Shown: positions 26,813 to 39,535 of the stretch, one piece after another
Numbering within the stretch: position 1 is the first letter of the stretch
How the letters are laid out: every line of letters begins with the position of its first letter
Assembly (NCBI RefSeq): GCF_021028975.2
Contig: NC_059430.1
Location: 108,252,001 to 108,316,000, forward strand
From: Sphaerodactylus townsendi
Lineage: Eukaryota
Reading direction: 5' to 3'
Length of the DNA: 64,000 bases
Made by a program: the position numbers and the translations under genes
Notes under the pieces: model-generated
The model's database searches: none
What the model was told of the DNA's origin: nothing
The model's input: only the letters and a program-made list of their open reading frames with translations

Positions 26813-27276
26813 CAGTGGAACCTCGGTTTTAGTTGGTAATCCATCCGAAAAGAATCGATGAAAACCTAAACCAATGAAAACAGAGGCAAACTTTTCCATA
26901 GGAATCAATGTAAATCCAATTAATCCGTTCTAGGCACTCCAAAAAACATACCAAAAACACATTTTTGGTGAATAAACATAGTGTTTTATGCTGAAAACAC
27001 TAACAAGCAATAACACTAGGACCAGCGTCAGAGCCAGTGGACCAATGTCGCACCAGAAAGCTGTCCAAAGAGGTCTGTTTCTAACGCCTCTTTAAGATTT
27101 GTCTGAAATGGGGAAGACATTGTCATTAAACAAGTTGCAGACATGGCCTGCAACAGCTTTGTCCGGGTGATTTTTCTCCACAAACCCCTGCACTGCAAAT
27201 CGATGAAACCCGAGGCAAATATTTCACTGAAAAAAATCGATGAAAACCGAAACCGATGAAAACCGAGGTTCAACTG
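26813..27276. mobile_element. Tc1/mariner (Tigger-like) MITE
   Basis: TA|CAGTGGAACCTCGGTTT...AAACCGAGGTTCAACTG|TA. Confidence 0.8.
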
Positions 27277-27311
27277 TATCACCACTCTACCGGATTCTTT
27301 CTCTCCCCCAG

Positions 27312-27527
27312 TTAATCACAGAGACATTCAGTCGCCACAACAAGCTGGCTCAGAAAGCACAGAAAGAGAAGGCGGCTCGCCAAGAGGCAGAGCAGCGGGA
27401 GAAAGCAGAGCGGGCTGCTAAGCTTGCCAAAGAAGCAAAGAAGGCAGAAGATGCTGCTGATGCTGAGCCGAGGATTAAGGAGCTCACTGATGAGGAGGCA
27501 GAAAGGCTGCAACTAGAAATTGATCAG
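27312..27527 (+). CDS. NUDC: NUDC exon 3 (coiled coil)
   Basis: cccag|[15 protein letters not shown]...[20 protein letters not shown]|gtaga. Confidence 0.95.
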
Positions 27528-27853
27528 GTAGACATCCAGTTCATTGTACAAGGGTGGTGTGTTTGTGGACTGCTCATTGTAGCAGCAAAATGAGTATGTT
27601 TGTTTGGGATTAGTTTGGATTTATTAGTAATAGGAGGTTTACGATTTGATGAACCTGCAGTCTTCAAATCTCCCCACACACAAATCAAATGTTGTCTCGA
27701 AGTAGCTAATTTGCTTAACTCAACTGTGTTCTGATCTAAGCAAATGAGCAGTTTTGAGACAGTTTGTCTACAGTTTAATTTGACATTTTTCTTCCTTTCT
27801 GGCTACAGTTTGCAAAAATCTAGAAATTCTCCACCTTCTTGGATGCTATTAGG

Positions 27854-28940
27854 CAGTGGCGTACCTAGGCAAACTGCAGCCCTGGGCAAAACCTGAGTTT
27901 GATGCCCCCCCCCCCCCCCACCCATGGGTTGTCACCCTCCTCCACCGTGACCAAACAATGATTTTTTTCCATTAGGTCGTTTCAAAGTCACCATCACATT
28001 ATAGAACATGCCCCAACGCACAAATCTGAACACAGCAATGGACCATGCCCACAGCAGAAATATTTTTTGAAAACATTTTCAAAATGCTTTCAAAATGTTT
28101 CATTACTGCTATGAAAACATGTTATGGTGTTGTATCCAGTCCCCCCAATTGGGGGAAACAGCATCACTTTCAATGTTATTTAACCTGGGGACCCCAGATT
28201 CTCCCTTTAAGGTGGATTTAAAAGGAGAATCTGGGCTCCCTCGTTTAAACAAGTGATGCTGTAATCCACCCCCAAACAGCATAATTTTCAATGGTGTTTA
28301 AACTAGGGAGCCCAGATTCTCCTTTTAAATCCTCAGAGGGAGTTTAAATCCTCAAAGGGAGAATCTAGGGTCCCCAGTTTAAACAACATTGAAAGTGATG
28401 CTATTTTGGGGTGGATTCTCCCCCACCCTGAAACAGCATCACTTTCAATGTTTAAACTGGGGACCTCAGATTCTCCAAAGGGGGGGGGTTAAAGGGAAAT
28501 CTGGGGGGTGCCTGCTGTCAGGGGTGCAATTGTTAAGCTAGCAGCACCAAACTTTCAGGGTATATTTAAGAGACTCTCCTAATGATACCACCCAGGTTTG
28601 GTGAAGTTTGGTTCAGGGGGTCCAAAGTTATGGACCCTCAAAGGTGTAGCCCCATCTCCTATTAGCTCCCATTGGAAACAATGGGGATGGGGGCACCCCC
28701 TTTGGGAGTCCATAACTTTGGACTCCTTGAACCAAACCTCACCAAACCTGGGTGATAGCATCAGGAGAGTCTCCAAAAACATCCCTGAAATTTTGGTGCT
28801 GCTAGCCTAAAAACTGCACCCCTTGCAGGCCAAAAACGGAAAAAACACTAAAAATACAAATGAACCTGTATTTTTGGCGTCCACCACAAGGAGGCAACCT
28901 GTGCAACTGTCCACTTTGCCCAATGGGAGGAATGCCTCTA
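27854..28940. mobile_element. CAGTGGCGTAC-ended DNA element with internal direct/inverted repeats
   Basis: 5' end resembles 31717; repeated AACTGGGGACCCAGATTCTCC units; large palindrome at ~28545-28810. Confidence 0.6.
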
Positions 28941-29083
28941 TTTTATTCCTAGGTGTTTGCTGCATTGCATTTAATATGGTGAGAAGGATACCCCTATTTC
29001 TGCTGTTAGTCAATAACATTTTAACACTTGTTTATGAATCTCAGCTAAAACCCTGAATACTTTGGGGGTATCTTTCCAAACAG

Positions 29084-29170
29084 AAAAAAGAGAATAAAGA
29101 AAATGAGTCCAAGGCAGTCACTACAGAATCATCTGATCATCCAATGGAATCTTCAGGGTCCACCAAACAG
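29084..29170 (+). CDS. NUDC: NUDC exon 4 (variable linker)
   Basis: aacag|KKENKENESKAVTTESSDHPMESSGSTKQ|gtatt; 87 nt, in frame; starts KK and ends KQ as in the orthologous exon. Confidence 0.85.
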
Positions 29171-29686
29171 GTATTGTGTTCTCTGAGTTTTGTGCAACTG
29201 TGAGCAGATGTTTTTGATGGGTTCAGGTCTGTGCGAAAACACACAATAGACTAACTAGAAGTCTTGCACAGAGACGTTGGTACAGCTGGGCACCATGTAA
29301 CACTATTCTGAGATCTGAGTACTCAAAAACTGGTTTCTTCAGCAGGATTCTCTATAAGGACTTTGAACTTGGTGAATGCAGAACCACCAAGTGTATAAAC
29401 AATATGGCAGGCATAGTAATCCCGCATGAATTTAGTAAATCATATTAAAAAGATGGAAGTACTAGCGTTGGTGTAGTGCAGTGTAGTGGTGTTGGTCTGG
29501 GAGGACTGGGTTCAAATTCATACTCTGAATCTACTTCACAGGGTGGCTGCAAACATTCTTTTTAAAGGCAGGGAAGAACCACATATGCCATTATCAGCTC
29601 CCTGAAATATAACTGGGGTAAAGGTGCAATCTTCATCGTCACTGAAATCTTGAAAATATTTTTGCGTATGCTTTATGTCTGATTAG

Positions 29687-29800
29687 GAGACAGATGAAGA
29701 GGAGGAAGATGAGAAGGACAAAGGCAAACTGAAGCCAAACTCTGGGAATGGGGCAGATCTTCCACACTGTAGGTGGACACAAACCCTCTCTGAAGTGGAT
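29687..29800 (+). CDS. NUDC: NUDC exon 5
   Basis: attag|[38 protein letters not shown]|gtaag. Confidence 0.95.
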
Positions 29801-31450
29801 GTAAGTGTGGTCTTTGAGCAGAGGGTCTGTGGCTTGACTTGATTAATGTGGAGTAGGTTGTGTCATTTGCTTCTTCAATGATATACTTATTCACAGGAAG
29901 AAGCATCCCTGTCTGTCTATTAAAAAGGCCAAATGGTGCTCGGAGGCCTTTATATTGTTGTTAATCTCCCTTTACCTCGTGTAATGGCTTCAGTGCAAAG
30001 TGCAGCATGGAGATCAGAAACTGATCCCTGGACCACACAAACATCACTGTAACAAACATGATTTTCATGTTCTTTTTTCAACAGAGGAATCTGGTGATGC
30101 TTGAAGTCTCTCTTAGGGATCTAGTACTCATGTCCCTAATTGCGCAAACTCTCAACTGCTAATTCCAGAATCTACAACTAAGTGCATTTTATCTCTCAAT
30201 GATTACACTGTCCAAATTCTGCTGATAATGCTGGCTGCAGAATTCGTCCCATCTTCTAATGTAATTTGGATTTACAGAAGAGGCAGTTGGTGGCCCACAT
30301 AGGTGCCCAGTTGGGGCTGTGGAGGGAGCTGGTAGGGTGAATCTGAGGAAGTTCTGTGGCACCGTTTTTTAAAATGAGAACGCTTCCCTTTCTGGCTGTT
30401 TGAGAATTCAGAGAACCTTGCAAGGTGTCTTCTGTCTAGCAATTGGTCAGGCTGAGGCTTCATTTACTTTAATAATGTAATAGCTCAGTGTCTGGGCCAG
30501 CATGGAGCAGTGGTTAGACTGCTAGGTGAGGAGCTGGGAGATCCAGGCTCAAATCCTCACCTTCTATGAAAGCTTGCTGACCTTGAGCCAGCTGCACACT
30601 CTCGGACGAATCTATTTCACAAGAGAAAATGGAGGAGAAGAGAATATTGTAATTCCCTTTGGATCCCCCACTGCAGAGAAAGGTGCAGAAAGCTTATCAA
30701 ATTGTCACAGCCATCTGTTAGCTGACAGCGTGTTCCAGTGAAGCTGGAAAAATTAAGACATATTCACAGCCGTTTCTTAAACTTATTTACTCAGAAGTAA
30801 GTCCCGGTATATTCAGTAGAGCTTACTCCCAAGCATATAAGGAATGCAGTCCACAGGAAAAGCTGTGAACCCCCAGAATGTAATGGGGAAGGGGGGGTGA
30901 GCCATCAAATTTAAGAACTTTGATGTTCATGATTTTTTTTTCTTAAAGTAAGTTGGAGTTTATCCATCGAAGTTGGGAACTTGCTATTTTAAAATCAAAA
31001 CTTACATAAAGAATGGAGTCAAGTTTCACAGTAAAGTTATGCTCCCTTTTGTTTGGAAAGCACAAGAAGTTGCTACAGCAGGGATGCCAGGCTACTGACC
31101 CCAGAATATGCAAGGACTGCAAGGAAATACTTTATTGGTTGGGATAAATAAGGTATATTGTGGTCATGCTTTGTCAATCCTGGTTTAATATAGTTCCATG
31201 GTGGCGAACCTATGGCACTCCAGATGTTCATGGACTACAATTCCCATCAGCCCGTGCCAGCATGGCCAATTGGGTTGATGGGAATTGTAGTCCATGAACA
31301 TCTGGAGTGCCATAGGTTCACCACCACTGAAATAGTTGAATCTGTAATGTTCACATTCTGCTGCAGTACACATTGTCTGTGGCCAGAAGGGAAAATGCCT
31401 GACTTTTCTGTGAAACCTCTCCCTTCTCCCATCTTGCTTCTGTTATCTAG

Positions 31451-31645
31451 CTGGCCATCCCATTCAAAGTGAACTTCAGGCTGAAGGGAAAGGATGTGAT
31501 CGTGGACATCCAGCGACGGCATCTGAGGGTGGGGTTGAAAGGCCACCCCCCCATGATTGATGGAGACTTGTGCAATGAGGTGAAGGTGGAGGAGAGTTCT
31601 TGGCTGATTGAGGATGGGAAAATAGTCACCGTTCACTTGGAGAAG
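31451..31645 (+). CDS. NUDC: NUDC exon 6 (CS/p23 domain)
   Basis: tctag|[34 protein letters not shown]...[19 protein letters not shown]|gtaaa. Confidence 0.95.
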
Positions 31646-31716
31646 GTAAAAAGAAGGACTTCAGTTACAGTTTCAAATTCTCAGCTGTGCTGGTTTGCTT
31701 TCCATCTGCAGTCCTG

Positions 31717-32848
31717 CAGAGGTGTAGCTAGGAAAAAGGGGTCCCGGGGCAAAACATGGGTTCCACCACCATATGGGCGGCTGCCCTCCCCCACCGGTGA
31801 ACGGGATTTGTTTCCCCACTCCTTCACATGAAGCCTGTTGGGTACCATGAGCTTATCACAGTTCTCTCTGAACTCTCTCAGCCCCACCTGCCTCACAAGG
31901 TGGGTCTGTTGTGGAAGAAATGAGTTTGTAAGCCACCTTGAGTCTCCTTACAGGAGAAAAAAGTGGCAGTGGTGGGGAGGTATAAATCCAAACTCTTCTC
32001 CTTCTCTTCCACCCCATTCTCATGGGCTGCTGAAGGGATCAAATTTTAATTTGGGGGGCGGGGATGTTAATGTTACCAGGAGGCAGAAAGTCTTTAAGTT
32101 GGGTGGTGGTAGGTCTAAGATGGAGGCAGTGTGTGTATGTCAGGGAGGTTGAGTGGCTCTTCCCCTCTCCTTCCCCCCTGGCTCCCTTTGCTGAATGCTG
32201 GGGGAGGGTCCCCTGCCTAAACTGTCAGGCAGGTCTCCAGGGGGTGGGGGTGCTGGTGAACCACCTGAAGGACCCTCTCCTCTCCCACCCACCACCTGGC
32301 AGTGGCTCACCTGGGCTTGAGCAGGATGTTCTTGCTGGCACGGCCAGCAGGTGAGCTCTTGCTCTTTTCCATGGCCATCAGATAACTCATGTCAGCCAGG
32401 ACCGCCTCCAAATCGGCCATCTTGACCCCGCCAGCTGTGGGGGGCCCCAACAGCACCCTGCCTTGCAAGGACCACCCAGACACCCCCCCTAGCCTCATCC
32501 CATCTCAGCACCCGCATCCGACAGAGAGCCTGGCAGCAGGTTGTTAGGGGGGGATGCGGCTAGTCCAGGGGGGCCAGGACCCCCTCGCAGTACTCCCTGG
32601 AGGCGCACCATCTCCCGTTGCCACAGCACCCTCCTCCCCCCAGTCTCAGTGCTCCTCTGCTGGGCAGGACCAGGTGACCACGGGGGGCACCCCAACCTCC
32701 CCAGGGAGCGAGGAGGGGCAGCTGGGGTTGCCTTTGACACGGGGGAAGGAGGAGGGGTGTGGGGGTGATTTTCCACCCCCCATGTGATCAAAAAGGCGGC
32801 CGCCCAGAGACATATGACCCATATGTCTCCGAGGGCCCTACGCCCCTG
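31717..32848. mobile_element. Non-autonomous hAT-type DNA transposon carrying a captured GRK2 exon 1 and a nested SINE
   Basis: Termini CAGAGGTGTAG...CTACGCCCCTG; perfect 8-bp TSD CAGTCCTG (31709-31716, 32849-32856); Sauria-type SINE at ~31800-32005. Confidence 0.85.
32311..32420 (-). pseudogene. GRK2: Captured fragment of GRK2 (ADRBK1) exon 1
   Basis: [36 protein letters not shown] versus GRK2 [38 protein letters not shown]; ends in CCCAG|GTGAG at the native exon-1 boundary; no further GRK exons seen. Confidence 0.88.
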
Positions 32849-33139
32849 CAGTCCTGAGTAATTTTTTAGACTGGTGTTGAGTAAGTCATCCTAAGCAGAA
32901 TTAGTCCCAGGTAAGTCCATGAAGTCAGTAGACTTAGAAAAGCACATCTCTGCTTAGGACGGCACTGTGAGTGTCTCAGTCAGAATAGATTACCATGTTG
33001 TGACCATCCACCCCAGTTGGACGTTATCTTTGTTCTCTAGTAAACCTGAAATATTAAATCCTTAAAGATATGTCCCCTGTCTGAGGAAATTGCTTTAGTT
33101 GTGAAATACTTTGTACCCACAGTCTTTGTTCTTTTTTAG

Positions 33140-33292
<153 letters not shown>

Positions 33293-33500
33293 TGATCTTC
33301 CTCTAAATGTTTCCAATCGTTTGGAGTCAAATTGCCCAGGGGCTTGTATGGAAGAGGTTCAGGGATGTTCAGAGATGCCTTAATTGGGGGGAGCGGCATA
33401 TAGAGAGCACGAAGCTGGTGGAGACAACCGTGTTGTTCCCAAAAGGAGCTTCACCCAGGAGGACCCTCTAGATTTGCACCTTCTTATGGTACCTCTTTGA

Positions 33501-33629
<129 letters not shown>

Positions 33630-36600
33630 TGAGTAGGGTCCATTCATAGCTCTTGGGGCATGCAAAGGAAAGGAATGGTTGAGCACAGAATGAAGGGGGA
33701 AGCTTTGTTTTTCATATGGAAACGAGTGCATGCTGAGCATACACCCATATCTGGTTGGCCGGCAAACCCAGGAAACCATTATTGCAAAAATGGCTGATCT
33801 GTGAGAATCAGCTCAGTTCCTAAGTCTAAGGCACAGGAGGGGACTTGTGGGCCTGGTGGTGCCATCTCTGCTTGAACTGTGATGTGAAATGTTTAACTGT
33901 AATCTCCACGTGCCTACAAGCAAGATAACCTTCCCTTCCCCTGTGCCAGGACTGCTAGACAGTCATGATTTTTATGATTTTATTGCCCTGTTTGGCAAAA
34001 GTATGCCTGGAAGCTTCTGTGAGTAATCCTCTGCTAAGGCTACACAAGGTCACAGCTCTTGGGGTTGGAAAAGAGGGGAATTGGAGAGCTCGCAGCTTTC
34101 TTTTGGGCATCCCTGAACACTTCCAGCCATCGACAGCAGTGGGGGGAAATCTGGAAGGGAGGAAGTGCTCATCCAGCATCAGCCTTCTCTTTCAAACAGG
34201 TTTACAGCCCTGTTCTGATGCTGGCAAGCCCCACTTCTGTTATCTCTAATGATTCATTTGAACTAAAGATACCCAGAGGAAATGCATCGTGAGTTGCTGA
34301 TAAGTTGAGATCTTGCACTATACTGGGGTAAACACCATCTCATAAGCAGGATCTCTTCCTCCCAAGATTCCCTTTGTCAGAAATCATAAGGAGGTTGGTT
34401 TCAGTCAATAATGTTAACTCTAAAAACTCTATTTCTTTGGCTACCCCCATCCATTCTGGACACAGCTCTTCAGATCCCAGAAGGAAAGAGCCTTCATTAT
34501 CTAGTTAACCATTTAGTAAGGATGACCTCTCTTTTATGCAAGGTTACGTGTTAAATATACTTTTATTTTTATTTTTGCTTAGCATTGTACAAAATAGAAA
34601 TGGTCTAAATTTACCACAATACTGTCTGAGGAAATAAAACAAAAGTTAATAACAGTTTTTTCAACAGTACTGGGGCCTGCTTATAGGAATGGCAGGAATG
34701 GATTTATATTTTGAGGTTACCCAAGCCACAATCCAGTTTTGTGCAGAGTTACTCTAGATTTAAGGCCGTTGATTGGTAGAGCAACTTGGCATAGGATTAT
34801 ACTGTCAAAATTACAACTAGCTGTGGTACTGACTGGCCAGTGAAGTGTCAGCTTGTGACTCAATGATCTTGGAGAACTCTGTCTCTCTCTTAACACAGTT
34901 CAGCTGCCTCTATCCTGCTGAACTACTTCAGGATATGTAGTTAGATACTCACTGAGCAACACCCACGTCTTTGTCCTATAAAACGGCAAATATGGAGTTG
35001 GATCCAGCCAGCTTTTTCAAGTTTCCCTCTTACTACATCCCCAGGCTCCCATGCAAGTTCTCCTGATCCTCAGCTTTGCCTTTGGGAGGGGGTTTACTGG
35101 AGACCCCTCCTTCTTTTTCACCAGCAGAACTGATTGGATCCAAAGTATATAGTGACACAGAATTGTCATGAAGAATGCTGTTAATCATGTCACTATGTGA
35201 ACCTGCTTTATAATATTTAATGTGAGAATTCCATATCCCTTATGGAAAGAAAGTGGGCTTAGGTTGTCCCATAACATTAATGAACAGTATTCTAGATATA
35301 ATCTTGGTAACGTGGGAGAGAAAAATCAAAGTGAATCTACCAATTCTGAGTTTGTTTAGCAGTTATCTCCAAAGCTCTCCTGGTCAACATCCCGTTTACA
35401 GTACAAAAATAAATGATTCCTGTATAGACCAGAGTTCTGCGCCTAATGAGACAGGTGCTACGTGTCTGATCGGGAGCTAATAGTTCCCAAGGGCGTATTT
35501 GATTAACAGTTACTATGAGGATTTTTATACTGATATTACTAAGGAGATAATTGATTGGCAGCTGTGATCTCTGCACAGCCCCACTGATAGTAAGGAGACC
35601 TGCGACCTACAGAACACAAAGGTGCCTTGTACCACCTCAGAGTATTGTTCTGTCAAGAGCAAGGTTGTTGAGGGCAGCAGCTCTCCTAGGTTTCAGGTCA
35701 AAGTCTTCCACAAAACCTACTTTCTTATCAGCACAGAAAAGTGGGGAATTGAACTTAAAGACCTTCTTCGTTCAAGAAAACAAACCTTCATATGTTGGGC
35801 AACTGAAGGAAGCCCGGAGAAGGAGTTGTTCTTTACAATGGTTTGGATAGCCTTTAAGGTTGGTGTGATTTGTTATTTAAAAAATAGAGACGAGAATTTT
35901 ATTGAGTCCCAGGGTTAGATTTGCCCATTCTGTAAATGGAAAACTGGCTAGAGGTGGCTGGAGGCTAGTCCATTGCTCTCAGCCTCCACTCACTCTTGCT
36001 GGGAGTTTTAGTAAGAGTAAATTAGAACATTGTAAGCCGTTTTGGGCCCCCCACTGGGGAGAAAGGTGGGGTGTCTTTTGTCTTCCTGATCACTGCTCTT
36101 CCAGTCACTGACCTGGCAGCTGGAGATGGTCAGCAGCATAATAAAATCAGGGCCATCTTGCTGTAAGTGTTTCCCAGTGTGTTCAGTGCCGCTTGGTACA
36201 GGCCAAAACTGAGATAAGGCAACATTGAAGTCTAAATCCATTTTTTTTCATCCTGGCAAAAGCGCTGTTTAAAGCTTTCTTGAGGGGGGGGGGGCACGGC
36301 TGCCTGGCTGGTGTGGTGCTTCTTGAAATTTTCCCTGCTCAGCTCTTCACCAGTGTGAAGTCTTTTCCCTCCCGGTGTGGTTGGCATTCCGCCTCTACTA
36401 GGAGCTCCGGGGCACTTCACATGGTCTTCTCATGCATGCACTCTTATTCTAACCTCATAACCCTGCGAGGTAGGTTAGGTTGGAAGACAATTTTTGGTAG
36501 GTGGCAGACTGGGGATGTGAATGCTGGATTTCTCTGTCCTCGTGGAACACTTCTACTATAATACCACACTTGCTGGGCGCAATACTTGCGAGATTTCTGT

Positions 36601-36670
36601 GGCATTGCCCATGCTGACTATCTTTTCCGGCTTCTTGTTTCAAAGAATGCGCTTCCTCTTGTTTTGCCAG

Positions 36671-36764
36671 ATTCCTTGGAACAGCATCAGGAGTAGTTTT
36701 TTATAAAAGCAAAATTCAACTGATGATCCCCTTTCTCTCCTTACTCCCCCACCCTTTTTTGTAA
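36671..36764 (+). CDS. NUDC: NUDC exon 9 (terminal), corrupted relative to canonical FMxQHPEMDFSKAKFN*
   Basis: gccag|A TTC cTTG GAA CAG CAT CAG GAG TAG TTT TTT ATA AAA GCA AAA TTC AAC TGA: one extra base and a TAG in the ancestral frame (ancestral stop 36721-36723). As spliced it reads to TAA at 36762-36764. Confidence 0.7.
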
Positions 36765-36855
36765 GAAAAAATATATAAAACCCAAGCAGGACAGGAAGTG
36801 CAATTTGGGTCACAGTTAACACTCTCATCGTCTCCGAGTCAACTTCCTGTGCAAA

Positions 36856-36870
36856 AATAAATTAAATAAA
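36856..36870 (+). terminator. Tandem AATAAA polyadenylation signals of NUDC
   Basis: AATAAA at 36856 and 36865, ~130 nt after the ancestral stop. Confidence 0.65.
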
Positions 36871-38406
36871 ATCTATTCTGCCTAACAGCACAGCACGTTG
36901 CCTAGGTGTCAGGTTTTACACAGCAGGACCCGATTTGGGAATAAAATACGACGAAGCTTACTTTACTGGGGGGGCTACAACTCTTTGAGGTTGCGCGCGA
37001 AAAGAGATTTCCGCGCTTTGGTTTCTGGCCGCCATGTTGGTTTCCTGAGGACATCAGGCAGGTGTTTCATCACTTTGGGAAACCTCTTGGTCATCCTGTA
37101 CTCTCTCCACCCTGCCCTTAAGTTAAGTGCGTGGGTCCCCTTTGGACACCCCATTGTCAGTTCTTCCTGTAATCCAGTTCTGAACCAAACAGCCCCTCCA
37201 GAACGCTAGCTTAATACAGCACCACTGAGAGCAGTTTCAGGCGGACATCCTGATAAAGGAACCCACTTGTGATAAGTACCCTGTAACATCCAAAGAAAGA
37301 CTGAGCAGGAGTGATGGGTGTGCCTCCCCCTACGCAAATTCTCATTTGGTCATTATAGCAAAAGTAGGAGCAGGCCCCTTATCTGCTCATCAGCATTTTC
37401 TGTAGCCTTCAGAGCCCCTCTCTTGTTGCAAGCACCTGCGCTTGGACGCAAAAGGAAGCGTTCCCTGCAAACATGTTTCAAGCTCAGGATAGAGTATGAG
37501 TAAACTGTTTAGGCTGGAGAGGAAGTCGCATCTGAATCGGGTATACTGAGACATTTATTGCAAACGGTCCTATCTCTGAGCTTTTTTGGCAAGGCTCTCG
37601 GTTGCCAAATGATGCCTGTCCTCTGCTGATTCTTTTAGAGATGTTGGCACTAGTATGAGCTCAAATGACTTCCTTACCTTCTGTTACAAAGCCAGTGGTG
37701 GTGTGGCCTTACAAAAATCAGATTTAGAACTAGGGTGAAGTCTGTTAAATAAGTGATCGGTTGGGGAGGTTAGCTCACTCTCTGTATCCTTGCTTAAAAT
37801 ACATTTGATCCCAGCTCAGAGATCTTACTTTAAAGTGGGAAAAGTTTCTCCCTATGTCAGTGAGAATGCAGTGGATTGCAGGCAGCTCTCTGGTTTGCTG
37901 GAGACCAGCGAATCACCTGGCTAGAATGGTTCGGTGTACATTCTTCTGTACATGTTGGCCATGCCAAGCAAGAAGCTTTGTCTGTTCCCTCCTTTGGGTG
38001 ATTATTGCTGAAAAGGCAGCTTGTAATCTGCATGTACAATAAAAAGAGATGTTTTCATGGGCCGATCTGGTATTGCTTGTCTGTGATGCAAATTGTCGTG
38101 GTGGCCAGAAATACTTCACAAGAGGTGGCTGGGATTTAACTAAATAAACTCTGTACCTTTACTCTGTTTTTAAGGTGTGTTGCCTGCTGTTTTTACTCCT
38201 GTGATGAAACAGCAGTCCCAAGAAGAGCATGAAGGGTTCAGTGTCTGATCCCTGTCTTTGGTGAAGCCTGTCTTAAAGTTTAAGAGTGAATCCATACAAA
38301 ACTTAGTAACTGGTGGTTTTCAGTACACTGCAAGCTCTGCATCTTCTCACATGCATCTGAGGTCTCTCCCTCTCGAAGTTGTGGCCATTCCTTACACTCT
38401 AGCATG

Positions 38407-39535
38407 TGTAGTCGAGGGGGCCGGGTCCCGCCAGGCTCGGTTCTAGAGCGGGTGGCGGGAGATCAAGATCGAGTTTTTATTCGAGTTAGAGTTTAATGTG
38501 TGAGGCTATTTTGCAGACTGCGTGTAGTTGAAGGTGAAAGATCGAAAGGAGGGCGGCCTACAGCAAGGGAGCCATAGGTCTGCAGGCTGATGGCGACATA
38601 ACATTGTCTCCACGTCAGTAGCAGTGACATCAGTAGCAGAGGCTCTTTCACCAATGCGAAGAGTCAGCGGTGTTTTCCCAGTCCTTAAGATTCAATGTCC
38701 CCCCTTCTGGGTTACCATGGACATTGAGCTTCAATCTCCTCAACCAATTTGCGCAGCTCCCCTCTCTTTATATGGAGACCCTGCATTTAGCTACTTGCTT
38801 TGGATTCGTTAGCGTGCTTGTCATAAGCCCTGCTTTTGCAAGCTCCCATACTCACCGGTGTTCCGTCGGACGAGAGGAGAGTGTCCCTAGGGCCGGAGAG
38901 TCTCTGGATCTGCGCCCGATCCAGAGGACGAAGCGTACCGAAGCGGTGGTCCCTGGATGCGCCGATCCAGCCCGGACTTGATTACCCATGACCCTTTCAG
39001 AAGGCGGCGGTGAGCAGGGTGGAGGATTCGAGGATTCCGGGTTTCGGCACCAGCTTGTAGTCGACCCACGTGGTCAAGCGCCAAGAGCGAGAGCGAGAGG
39101 CAGCGAGATAACATCTCAGTGGAGAATGATAAGCTTCAGCGAAGCGGGGTAGCGTGAGGTCCGTGTTCCTAGCCGAGTCTCCGGCGTGCTGTTCCTGGCA
39201 CCTTTTATTGTGATCCTATCGGGAAGTGAAGGAGGAGCGGGGGAGTTCAGGGAGGAGGCGGAGAGGTCGAGGAGATCATCATGCTTGATGCATGATCTCC
39301 ACCCTGGCCTTTCATCGGTGATCACGAGGAGGGGCGTAAAGCGTCTGAGCCTAATCCTCACCTGGGGGGCAAGACCATTGTCCCTGCGCCCAGTGATTCG
39401 TGAGCTCGGACAGTTCATGACCCGTGACTCATAGGGGAATGAGGAGTGGGGGTGCGATGCGACCAGAAGGCCGTAGGAGCGTAGGTGTTCCAGCGCTCGA
39501 CCACGGTGCTGCTGGGTCAGCGGTGCACTACTACA
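38407..39535 (-). mobile_element. Internally deleted betaretrovirus-like ERV (5' LTR, PBS-Phe, decayed gag MA, last nucleotides of 3' LTR)
   Basis: 6-bp TSD AGCATG; LTR 39535-39056 TGTAG...ACTACA; PBS TGGTGCCGAAACCCGGAA (39052-39035); gag ATG GGA at 38849 with IEAQCPW*PEG/GTLNLKDWE. Confidence 0.85.

Noticed and set aside
32307-32498. A functional GRK2 gene here
   Set aside because: Only exon 1 is present, with a codon loss and CpG decay, inside a TSD-bounded transposon.
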